A DNA stretch of 64,000 bases, from positions 3,285,233 to 3,349,232 of the forward strand of contig CAVTYD010000002.1 in the NCBI GenBank assembly GCA_963738945.1, given 5' to 3'. This document shows, piece after piece, positions 16,238 through 24,595 of the stretch (position 1 is its first letter; each line of letters begins with the position of its first letter). This DNA is from an uncultured Acidobacteriota bacterium (lineage in GTDB: Bacteria; Acidobacteriota; Thermoanaerobaculia; UBA5066; Gp7-AA6). Position numbers and translations under genes: made by a program. The notes below the pieces were generated by a model. It made no database searches. It had not been told where the DNA came from and saw nothing but the letters and a program-made list of their open reading frames with translations.

Positions 16238-16535
16238 GATCCTCCGTCGCCTAACGGGTTGCCTGTCAGCGTGTTGCGGCGTGCTACTGCCCCTCCGAAA
16301 GCGTAAAGCGAAACGCCACGTCGGTACTGGGGAGCGCGGGACGACGTCGACGTATCCATGAATTGGGCGAGCGTTGGCACCGCAGATCGGCGAGGTCGTG
16401 CATTCTTCGGATGGCCCTAAGGTAATACGCACTCGGAAGAATGAGCGGCCATGCCGCGCACACCAATATCGTGCTTGCTAGCCGTCGTCCGTCAACCTTC
16501 ATGTAACTTCCGACTGCCTCACACTCGACGGGCCG

Positions 16536-18164
16536 TCACTCGAGCATCTTCTCCACTTCCGGAGGCTTCTTCCCCGTCAGCTCCCAGCGCAGGAGCGAGG
16601 CGGGAACGAGGCCGGCGGCGTTGAACTCGTCCATGAAGGCCTTCATGCGGAAGCGGTCGCCCTGCTCGGCCTTCTTTTCCGCGAGCAGCTTCTCGATCTC
16701 GATCTTCCCCACCAGGTAGCTGGGCCCATAGCCCGGCTGCTGCAGGTAGAGGTGCTGCTCGGAGCGGACGAGCGCGCCGTCGAGCGAGAGCCAGCCGCGC
16801 GGCGTGTTCGCGCACGCGAAGGCAGCGGCCTCGTCGAGGGTCATCCGGTTGGCCTGCATGAAGAGCTCGCCGAGGGCCCGGGCGGCGCGTTCCGCGACGA
16901 GGATGTAGACGAGCTCGCGGGTGCGCGGCCGCGCGTCGAACATTCCGGCCTGCATCATCAGCTCTTCCCATCCGGTGGCGTGGCCCTCCGTGCGCGTGTT
17001 GAAGATGTTGTAGAGAAGCGCCCCCTGCCGGATCGCGCTCGGGTTGGGCCGATGCGCCAGCTGCGCCTTGTCGAACCAGTGGTACCCGTGCGTGCGCATG
17101 ACCTCCGGGTCGCGGTAATCGATCTCCGAGAAGAACTCGCGCGGTCCCGGCCGGTACTTTCCGATGCGGGCGCGCAGAGCCGGATCGAGGTCGGGGGTGA
17201 CGGTCAGGATCTCGCGGTCGCTCAGGAAGGCCATGTACTCGGTGACGGCCTCGTTGAAGCGCCGGTCGTATTCCTCGGCGCTCGAGACCGGCGCGGGCTC
17301 GGGGAGGCCGGCATGGCGCAGCTCCTCCATCGCGAGCAGCGCCCGTGATCGCGCGAGCTCCCGTTCCATCAACGCGACTTCCTCGCCCCAGGTGTACGGC
17401 ACGAGCTGGACGTGCTTCAGGTACCAGTCGAAATTCTCGATGCCGACTCCGGATGAACCCGTCTTCGAGGGGGCCTTCGCATCCAGCCAGGCGGCGAGAT
17501 CTTCGGTCGCCCGGCGGGCGTTCTCGGCGTCGGCCTTCAGCGCGCCCTGGGCGGGAGTCAACGCTTTCTCGAGCTCCGCCAGGATCGTTGCCTGGTGGCG
17601 GACGTCCTTCGCTCCGTAAATCCAGAGATCACGGCCGTTTCCCGTGAGGTTCCGCTTCGCCTGCTCGAGGAGCCGGGGGATGGTGCGGAGTCCTTCGTCC
17701 ACCGCCGCCGCATCCTTTGCCGACAGCGGAAGGGGATAGGACCAGAGCTCGACGGCGCCCTCGGCGAACGGGCCCTCCCGGGCGGGCTGATCGCTTTCCT
17801 CGTCGAAGACCGTGACGTAGAAGGCGGGATTGTTCGCCCAGGGCTTCAAGACGCGGTGATCGAAGTCCAGACCGGACAGCTCGGCCCGAACGACGTAGTA
17901 ATCCACCTGCTGAGGAACGGGCCAGCCGCTCGGATCGATCGCCGCGAGGCGCTGGCGGTACGCCTCGAGCTCGCGGGCCTGCGCCGCCATCGCGGAGGCG
18001 GTGTAGTCGGGAACGCCGTCGACGAGCTTCGGCTTCTGGAACGCCCGCCATCGATGGAAGAAGGCGACGAGCTCGTCGTACGAGCCGGACGGCGGCGCGC
18101 CGGCCGCTCTTGCCGCCGCCATGCCGAGACAGACCGCCGTCGCGAGAGCCAGCATGATTCGCAT
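16536..18164 (-). CDS. Exported DUF885-like protein
   Basis: Has a signal peptide (MRIMLALATAVCLGMAAARA). Length and N-terminal pattern resemble DUF885. The canonical HE..PGH motif is not evident, so the family call is tentative. Confidence 0.55.
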   Translation of the reverse strand: MRIMLALATAVCLGMAAARAAGAPPSGSYDELVAFFHRWRAFQKPKLVDGVPDYTASAMAAQARELEAYRQRLAAIDPSGWPVPQQVDYYVVRAELSGLDFDHRVLKPWANNPAFYVTVFDEESDQPAREGPFAEGAVELWSYPLPLSAKDAAAVDEGLRTIPRLLEQAKRNLTGNGRDLWIYGAKDVRHQATILAELEKALTPAQGALKADAENARRATEDLAAWLDAKAPSKTGSSGVGIENFDWYLKHVQLVPYTWGEEVALMERELARSRALLAMEELRHAGLPEPAPVSSAEEYDRRFNEAVTEYMAFLSDREILTVTPDLDPALRARIGKYRPGPREFFSEIDYRDPEVMRTHGYHWFDKAQLAHRPNPSAIRQGALLYNIFNTRTEGHATGWEELMMQAGMFDARPRTRELVYILVAERAARALGELFMQANRMTLDEAAAFACANTPRGWLSLDGALVRSEQHLYLQQPGYGPSYLVGKIEIEKLLAEKKAEQGDRFRMKAFMDEFNAAGLVPASLLRWELTGKKPPEVEKMLE

Positions 18165-18212
18165 GAGGCGGATTCTATGGCCGCCGGCGGCGGACGAGAC
18201 GGAGGCGGCGGC

Positions 18213-20165
18213 CTAGCTTCCCACGAGCGGGAGCCGTCCCACGGCGCCGGCATCCGCCGCGGCGACCGGGACCTTTTCATCCTCCTCGACGCGCACGGCT
18301 TCTCCGGGATTCAGGAACAGATTCGATTCGAGTCCGTACTGGCGGTTGTACAGGTCGGCATAGCGTCCGCGCCGGACGAGCAGCTCCTCGTGCCGCCCGC
18401 GCTCGATGATCCGGCCCTCCTCGACGACCAGAATCGCGTCGGCCCGCCGGATGGTGGAGAGGCGGTGGGCGATGACGAACGTCGTCCGTCCCTTCATCAG
18501 CTCCGTCAAGCCTTCCTGGATGAACGCCTCGCTCTCGCTGTCGAGCGACGAGGTCGCCTCGTCGAGGATCAGGATCCGCGGATCCGCCAGGATCGCGCGG
18601 GCGATCGCCACGCGCTGGCGCTGGCCGCCCGAAAGCTTCACGCCGCGCTCGCCGACGACCGTGTCGTAGCCGCGGGGAAGCTTTTCGACGAACTCGTCGC
18701 AGCGAGCGATCGCACCGGCCCGCAGCACGTCCGCGCGCGCCGCGTCGGGGCGCGCATAGGCGATGTTCTCGAAGACGCTGCCGTCGAAAAGAAAGTTGTC
18801 CTGGAACACGACGCCGATCTGGGCGCGATAGTCCGAGAGGCGGACCTTCGAAAGATCGCGCCCGTCCACGAGGATCGTCCCGTCGGTCGGCCGATAGAAG
18901 GCCGCGACGAGGCCGATGATCGTGCTCTTGCCCGCTCCCGACGGCCCGACGAGCGCCGTCACGGTTCCGGGCGAAGCCTCGAACGCGATGGCGCGGAGTA
19001 CGGGAACTCCCTTCTCGTATTCGAACGAGACGTCGCGAAACTCGACGCGTCCGTCCAGCCGTTCGAGCGGCTCCCGGGCGGCGTCCCCCGCGTCTTCGGC
19101 GAGCTCGTTGCGGAGCTCGCGGATCCTCTCGAGGCCGGCGAACGCCTCGGTGACCTGGCTGCCGATCGAGACGATCTGGATGACCGGGCCGACGAGCAGC
19201 CCGAGGTAGAGCGTGAAGGACACGAAGGAACCGATCGTCATGCGGTGCGCCTCGATCTGGTGGGCTCCGACCCACATGATCGCGACGCCGACGACCCCGA
19301 GAAGGAGAGTCGAAAACGAGGAAACGGCGGAGAAGCCGGTCATCGTCTGCGCGACGTTGCGAAAGAGCTTGTGCGCCCCCTGTGTGAAGACCAGCGCCTC
19401 GCGGCGCTCGGCCCGATAGGCCTTCACCACGCGAATGCCGGAGAAGGACTCCGTCAATCGGCCGGAGACCTCCGCGTTGATCTTCGAACGCTCGCGGAAC
19501 AGGGGCCGCAGCGTCTTGAAGGCGAAGAGGAGGACCAGCCCGAAGAGAGACAGCACGCCGAGCGCAATCAGCGTGAGCTTGACGCTGAAGTAGAAGAGGA
19601 TTCCGAGGGCGAGCAGCGCCGTCAGAAAGCCGCCGACGAGCTCGACCAACCCGGTTCCGACGAGGTTTCGAATGCCTTCGGCGTCGGTCATGACCCGCGA
19701 GAGCAGGACACCCGTCTTCGTCTGGTCGAAGAAGCCGACCTGGAGGCGCCCGACGTGGCGCTGGACGCTCCGGCGCATCTCGGTGATCGAACGCTGCGCG
19801 GCTTTCCCGAGCACCTGGGACAGGGCGTAACCGGTGATGGCCTGGATCAGGGTGGCGCCTCCGGCCGCGAGGACGATCAGGGGCAGGAGCTGGTGCCGCC
19901 CCTTTCCGATGACGTCGTCGAGAAGGAACTTGGTCGTGCCAGGCAGGACCAGGCCCGCCAGCTTGGAAAGGAGGAGAAGCCCGAGACCGAGGGCGAGGCG
20001 CCCCTTTCGAGCGTGAAGAAGCTCGGCCGCGTCCCTCAGAATGACCGAGAGAGGGAGGCTCTTCTTTTTCGACGACTCTTCGTCGGGCCGGGCGGACGGC
20101 CTGCGCCGTTCGGCCTTGGAGGCTCTCGAAGAGAGCCCGCCTGCCGTCAAACCCAACCTTGCCAC
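18213..20165 (-). CDS. ABC transporter, fused permease/ATPase (ABCB/MsbA-like exporter)
   Basis: Has a 6-TM N-domain, Walker A (GPSGAGKST), signature LSGGQRQRVAIARA, and Walker B (ILILDEATS). Confidence 0.92.
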   Translation of the reverse strand: MARLGLTAGGLSSRASKAERRRPSARPDEESSKKKSLPLSVILRDAAELLHARKGRLALGLGLLLLSKLAGLVLPGTTKFLLDDVIGKGRHQLLPLIVLAAGGATLIQAITGYALSQVLGKAAQRSITEMRRSVQRHVGRLQVGFFDQTKTGVLLSRVMTDAEGIRNLVGTGLVELVGGFLTALLALGILFYFSVKLTLIALGVLSLFGLVLLFAFKTLRPLFRERSKINAEVSGRLTESFSGIRVVKAYRAERREALVFTQGAHKLFRNVAQTMTGFSAVSSFSTLLLGVVGVAIMWVGAHQIEAHRMTIGSFVSFTLYLGLLVGPVIQIVSIGSQVTEAFAGLERIRELRNELAEDAGDAAREPLERLDGRVEFRDVSFEYEKGVPVLRAIAFEASPGTVTALVGPSGAGKSTIIGLVAAFYRPTDGTILVDGRDLSKVRLSDYRAQIGVVFQDNFLFDGSVFENIAYARPDAARADVLRAGAIARCDEFVEKLPRGYDTVVGERGVKLSGGQRQRVAIARAILADPRILILDEATSSLDSESEAFIQEGLTELMKGRTTFVIAHRLSTIRRADAILVVEEGRIIERGRHEELLVRRGRYADLYNRQYGLESNLFLNPGEAVRVEEDEKVPVAAADAGAVGRLPLVGS

Positions 20166-20284
20166 GCGCTCAGTTCCCTCCTTCGGTGCGAGACGATTCT
20201 ATGGGCCGGCGCTCCTCGACGCGGAGGGCATTGGCCCGCAGAACGGAATAGCCCCTCGCCGAGGAAACCGGTTCAGAATGCATA

Positions 20285-20323
20285 TTGACAGGATTTGTGG
20301 TCTCGACAGATAATATTGTCAAT
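20285..20323 (+). promoter_or_regulatory. Near-consensus promoter with inverted repeat; probable leaderless start of the ArsR-like gene
   Basis: The order is TTGACA (20285-20290), 18 nt, GATAAT (20309-20314), with the ATG at 20322 only 7 nt later and no SD. The inverted repeat ATTGACA (20284-20290) / TGTCAAT (20317-20323) brackets the promoter. Confidence 0.55.
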
Positions 20324-20954
20324 GGAAATGAAGGCAGGGAGCTCCGTCTCCGATCTTGCGACGGTCTCGAGCCCGGAGCGCGCGCAGGTCCTGTTACATC
20401 CACTCAGGCTCCAGATCCTGTCCCTCTCGAGGCAACCGGCCTCGTCCTCCGATCTGGCTCGCCGGCTCGACCTGCCGCGGCAACGGGTCAACTATCACGT
20501 GAGAGCCCTCGAGAGCGCCGGGTTCCTGCGGCCGGCCGGGCGGCATCGAAAGGGCAACATGGTCGAGCAACGCTACGTCGCGGCGGCGCGGGGATTCGTG
20601 CTGTCGCCCGCGATCCTCGGCCCGGTCCGGGCGGACTGGCGGGACATCGGCGATACGGACTCCGCCGACTACCTCCTCGCGCTGACGGAGCAGGTCCGCG
20701 GCGACGTCGAACAGGCCGCGGACGAGGCTCGAGGCGGCGAGGGTCGGCTTGCGACCATTTCGCTGAAGTCCCAGTTTCGCTTTCAGACCCCGGCACAGCG
20801 GACCGAATTCGCCGCGGCGGTCCGCGAGGCCGTCGTCGCCGCGATCGCCCGCCACACCAGCCCCAATCGGCTCGAGAATGGCCGGCCGGCCCGCGGGCGT
20901 GCGTTCCGGCTCGTGCTCGCGTGTTACCCGGTTTCCGGCGAGGAGGCTTCATGA
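20322..20954 (+). CDS. ArsR-family winged-helix transcriptional regulator with a C-terminal extension
   Basis: The HTH segment is LHPLRLQILSLS...SSDLARRLDLPRQRVNYHVRALESAGFL. Confidence 0.75.
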   Translation: MEMKAGSSVSDLATVSSPERAQVLLHPLRLQILSLSRQPASSSDLARRLDLPRQRVNYHVRALESAGFLRPAGRHRKGNMVEQRYVAAARGFVLSPAILGPVRADWRDIGDTDSADYLLALTEQVRGDVEQAADEARGGEGRLATISLKSQFRFQTPAQRTEFAAAVREAVVAAIARHTSPNRLENGRPARGRAFRLVLACYPVSGEEAS

Positions 20955-21187
20955 TCGGACAGGCCATCTCGCTTCTCGGCGCCGCCATGATCCTGGCCGC
21001 GTTTGCCGCGCAGCAGGCCGGGCGGCTCCGGCCGACCGATCTCGCCTATCTCGGCCTGAACTTCGCCGGTTCGTCCATCCTCGCGTACTTCGCGATCGGA
21101 GCCGGCAATTTCGGCCTGATCGCACTCGAGAGCGCCTGGGCACTGATCAGCCTGTGGTCGCTTCTCCGAAGCCGGCGCGAAAGCTGA
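20951..21187 (+). CDS. Small 2-3 TM membrane protein
   Basis: ATGA overlap with the ArsR-like gene. The 78-aa product is hydrophobic (MIGQAISLLGAAMILAAFAAQ...ALISLWSLL). Confidence 0.6.
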   Translation: MIGQAISLLGAAMILAAFAAQQAGRLRPTDLAYLGLNFAGSSILAYFAIGAGNFGLIALESAWALISLWSLLRSRRES

Positions 21188-21190
21188 CGA

Positions 21191-21940
21191 CTAGGGCTTC
21201 TTCGCGACCAGAAGAAGCCGGGGCGAGGCCAGGGCGAACGGGTCCTCGCTGGTCGAACCGAAGAAGGCCTCGACCGCGAAATGAGCGTCGCGGAAAAGAC
21301 GCAGGATTTCCGAGAGCGCATAGACCCTCTGCGAGGACGGCTTCACCTCGGTCCGGCCGCCGCGAGAAAACGTGAACACGTTCTCGATCCGGCCCGAGAC
21401 GGGCTCGTAACGCGTGTCCTCGGCGAAATGGAATCCGGCGACGTCGGATTCCATCCGCGGCGCGATGCGCGGAAAAACCGATTCGGCGCTCTGCCCGTAG
21501 TCGAGGGCGAAGCGTCCCCCCGGGCGAAGGACGCTCCAGACGGCCTCGAGGAAGTCCTCGTTTCCCGCATCATCGAGGAATCCGAAGCTGTTGCCGAAGC
21601 AGAATGCCGCGTCGAACTCTCCCCGCCACGGCAGATCGCGCATCTCGGCGAGGCGATAGCGGATCGAACCGGCGGCATCGGCCGCGGCGCGACGGGCGAT
21701 CGAGATCGCGTCCTCGGAAATGTCGACGCCGGTCATCGCGCAGCCTCGCGCGGCGAGGGCCCGGGTCAGGCGGCCGTCGCCGCAGGGCACGTCGAGGACG
21801 CGGGCGTCCGGACCGAGAGCGAGATGCTTCCAGAGAAACGCCGCGTCTTCCGCCGTCGCCTCGGGCGGGACGACCGCCTGCCAGAAGTCGACCGCGAGAC
21901 CGGCGAAGAACGTCTTCCACCAGTCGGCGGGCGCGTTCAC
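21191..21940 (-). CDS. Class I SAM-dependent methyltransferase
   Basis: Motif I is VLDVPCGDGRLT. Post-I and motif II-like segments are present (GVDISE, FCFGNSF). The GTG start overlaps the GNAT stop (GTGA). Confidence 0.8.
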   Translation of the reverse strand: MNAPADWWKTFFAGLAVDFWQAVVPPEATAEDAAFLWKHLALGPDARVLDVPCGDGRLTRALAARGCAMTGVDISEDAISIARRAAADAAGSIRYRLAEMRDLPWRGEFDAAFCFGNSFGFLDDAGNEDFLEAVWSVLRPGGRFALDYGQSAESVFPRIAPRMESDVAGFHFAEDTRYEPVSGRIENVFTFSRGGRTEVKPSSQRVYALSEILRLFRDAHFAVEAFFGSTSEDPFALASPRLLLVAKKP

Positions 21941-22395
21941 TCGGCGCGGCCTTCCTTCGCCGCCCTGACGTACATCTCGCGGTCGACGATCTCCATGCAT
22001 CGCGACGGATCGGCCATCGGCGCGAAGCCGACCTTCCGATAGAGCCCGTGCGCGTCGCGGGTCATCAGGAGCCAGCGCCGCATGCCCCGAAGGTCCGGAT
22101 GGGCCCTGATCGTTTCCATCAGCCACGTCGCGACCGCCTGGCCGCGGTGCGACTCGAGGACGAAGACGTCGGCGACGTAGGCAAAGGTGGCCCCGTCGGT
22201 GATGACCCGGGCAAAGCCGACCTGTGCGGCGCCGTCGTAGACGCCGAAGCACAGCGACCCTTCGATCGAGCGGTCCACGATTTCCTGCGGAATGCCCGCG
22301 GCCCAGTAGGAGCGGCTCAGGAAGTCCCGGATGAGCCGGCGATCGAGACGGGATCGGTCCGTCGAGATCGTCAGGGCGTCGCGCTTCCATTCCAC
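21937..22395 (-). CDS. GNAT family N-acetyltransferase
   Basis: Has the acetyl-CoA binding-like motif (VLESHRGQAVATWLME) and GNAT length (152 aa). Confidence 0.8.
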   Translation of the reverse strand: MEWKRDALTISTDRSRLDRRLIRDFLSRSYWAAGIPQEIVDRSIEGSLCFGVYDGAAQVGFARVITDGATFAYVADVFVLESHRGQAVATWLMETIRAHPDLRGMRRWLLMTRDAHGLYRKVGFAPMADPSRCMEIVDREMYVRAAKEGRAE

Positions 22396-22440
22396 GCGCG
22401 AATCCTATGCCGGGCTCGAAAACGCGACGCGGCAACGACG

Positions 22441-23093
22441 TCAGGTTCGATGCGACCGGATCTCCGGCACCTCGACGATGCGGGTGCCGGAGGCCGGGTT
22501 CTCGACGGCATCGACGATCGCCGCCGCCATCTGCGCGAGCGTCACGAGGCCGAGGCGCCGAGCGGCCTCCCGCGTCGCCGGAAGGCGCTCGGCGAGCAGT
22601 AGCCGGGGAGGAGACAGTACGGCCAGCGATGGCCCGGACCGAGGACGTACCACGGTCGGAGGATCGTCGCGTTCAACCGCTGCCGTGCGATGAACGTCTC
22701 GGCCTCCGCGCGCGCCTGCCAGTATGCCCGCATCGCCGGCGCGGGATGCGCCACGCTCACGTAGACGAAGTGTGAGATCGAGGCGGCGCGAGCGGCCTCG
22801 GCCGACGCCTTCGCCGAGGCGAGGTCCACGCTTCGAAAGAGCGCAGCCTTCGAGGGCGAGGGGTGAGGGACCCCAACCAGCTGAAGATACGTGTCGGCCG
22901 GCGCGACGTGCGCCGCGAAGGTCCCGGGGTCCAGGGGATCGCCGGGGACGGCTTCGGCGCCGCGGGGCAGGCGCCTCTCCGAGCCGGGACGCACCAGCGC
23001 GCGCACGCGATGGCCGCGCTCCGCGAGCAGCGGGACCACGGCCCGGCCGACGTAGCCGGTCGCGCCCGCGGCGAAGACGTGGCGGCGGATCAT
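22441..23093 (-). CDS. NAD(P)-binding Rossmann (atypical SDR/NmrA-like) protein; apparent frameshift near 22595-22605
   Basis: The N-terminus has GATGYVGRAVV. The C-terminal family-like sequence (LLLAERLPATREAARRLGLVTLAQMAAAIVDAVENP...VEVPEIR) continues in another frame (listed ORF 22441..22653). Confidence 0.65.
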
Positions 23094-23146
23094 GGGTTCG
23101 AGCCGGGAAAACGCGGCGCCTATCCTATGCTGGGCCGACGTTCTCC

Positions 23147-24551
23147 ATGCACGGCGCCGTGACGCTTCCTCTCTGGCTCGCCGTCCTGCTCGCGCTGCTC
23201 GCGGCCTGGGCGGCCCTGGACCGGCTGCTGGTGCCGGGTGTCCGGTGGTTCGTCCGCCGGCGGGTGAACCGCGTCCTCGAGGAGCTGAACACGCGCCTGA
23301 AGATCCGGATCCCGCCCTTCAAGCTGACGCGGCGCGAGGTCCTGATCGACCGCCTGCTGTACGACGCTCCGGTGCAGGCGGCGGCCGAAGCCGAGTCTCG
23401 GGAGAAGGACATGCCCCGGGCGCTCGCGCTGCGCCGGGCGGAGCGGTATGCCCGGGAGATCGTTCCGGCGTTCAACGCCTACGCGTATTTCCGTTTCGGC
23501 TACTGGCTCGCCCGGAACGTCGCGCGCTCGCTGTATCGCGTCCGCCTCGGGTACTCGGACGAGCCCGCCCTGGCGGCGATTCCCGAGGACTCGACGGTGG
23601 TCTTTCTCATCAACCACCGCTCGAACATGGACTACATCCTCGTCTCGTACCTCGCCGCCGAGCATGCCGCGCTCTCCTATGCCGTCGGCGAATGGGCGCG
23701 GGTCTGGCCGCTGCAGACCCTGATTCGGGCGATGGGCGCCTACTTCGTCCGGCGCAACTCGAAGGATCCGCTGTACCGCAAGGTGCTCGAACGCTACGTC
23801 GCGATGGCGACGGCGGCCGGCGTCACGCAGGCGGTGTTTCCGGAGGGCGGCCTCTCGCGGGACGGGCGGCTGCGGCCGCCGAAGCTCGGAATTCTCGACT
23901 ACATGCTTCGCGCGTTCGACCCCGGGCACGGGCGCGACATCGTCTTCGTTCCGACCGGGATCAACTACGACCGCACGTTCGAGGACCGCAGCCTCCTCGC
24001 CGAGCGGGGGCTCGCCTCCGAGGCGCCGCGAGCGAGCGCCTTCGGCCACACGGCCCGGTTCGTCCTGCGGAACTTCTGGCTCATGGCCCGCAACCGTTGG
24101 CACCGCTTCGGCTACGCGTGCGTCAACTTCGGCTCGCCGCTCTCGCTGCGCGAGTACGTCCGGCGGCGGGGCGTCGATTTCCGGACGCTCGAGCCCGACG
24201 AGCGCTCGCAACGGCTGGAGGAGCTCGCGCGCGAGTTGATGGAAGCGGTCGCGCGGGTCATCCCGGTCGTTCCGGTCTCGCTCGTCTCGACGGTCTTCGT
24301 CCGCTCGCCCGACGCCGCGCTGAGCGAGCTCGAGCTGAAGGCGGCCGTCCTCGCCCTCATGGAGCGGCTCGAGGCCCGCGGGGCGCACGTGTACGTGCCG
24401 CGCGAGGATCAGGACTACGCCATCGCCGTCGGCCTGCGCATGCTCACGCTGCGCCGGCTGGTTCTAGCCGAAGGACGGGCTCTATCGGGCCGTCCCGCAG
24501 GAGATGGCGCTGCTCGAGTATTACGCGAGCTCGATCGCGCATCTGCTGTGA
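23147..24551 (+). CDS. Glycerol-3-phosphate/lysophospholipid acyltransferase family protein (PlsB/PlsC-like); apparent frameshift near 24472
   Basis: Has an N-terminal TM, acyltransferase HX4D (NHRSNMD) and FPEGGLSRDG. The conserved-looking C-terminus LYRAVPQEMALLEYYASSIAHLL* (stop at 24549-24551) lies in the +1 frame relative to the body. Confidence 0.7.
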
Positions 24552-24595
24552 AACCCGCGTGATATGAGTCCCTCGAGACTCGAGAAGGAGAGCCC

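Noticed and set aside
16284-16502. 72-aa minus-strand ORF upstream of the PhyH gene
   Set aside because: Only the first ~30 residues look hydrophobic. There is no SD, no recognisable family, and it overlaps the likely promoter region. The evidence is insufficient to call it a gene.
17595-20288. 897-aa plus-strand ORF spanning 2.7 kb
   Set aside because: It is antisense to the DUF885-like and ABC transporter genes. Its composition is dominated by R/G/A/D/E/P with no recognisable motifs, which is the typical shadow ORF of ~70% GC DNA. The opposite strand carries clear Walker A/B and ABC signature motifs.
23094-23146. GGGTTCGAGCC-like T-arm motif suggesting a tRNA (also at 58922-58935)
   Set aside because: The first site lies in a 53-nt intergenic gap that is too short for a tRNA and has no acceptor or anticodon stems. 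The second is inside the BNR protein coding frame. No cloverleaf can be drawn at either.
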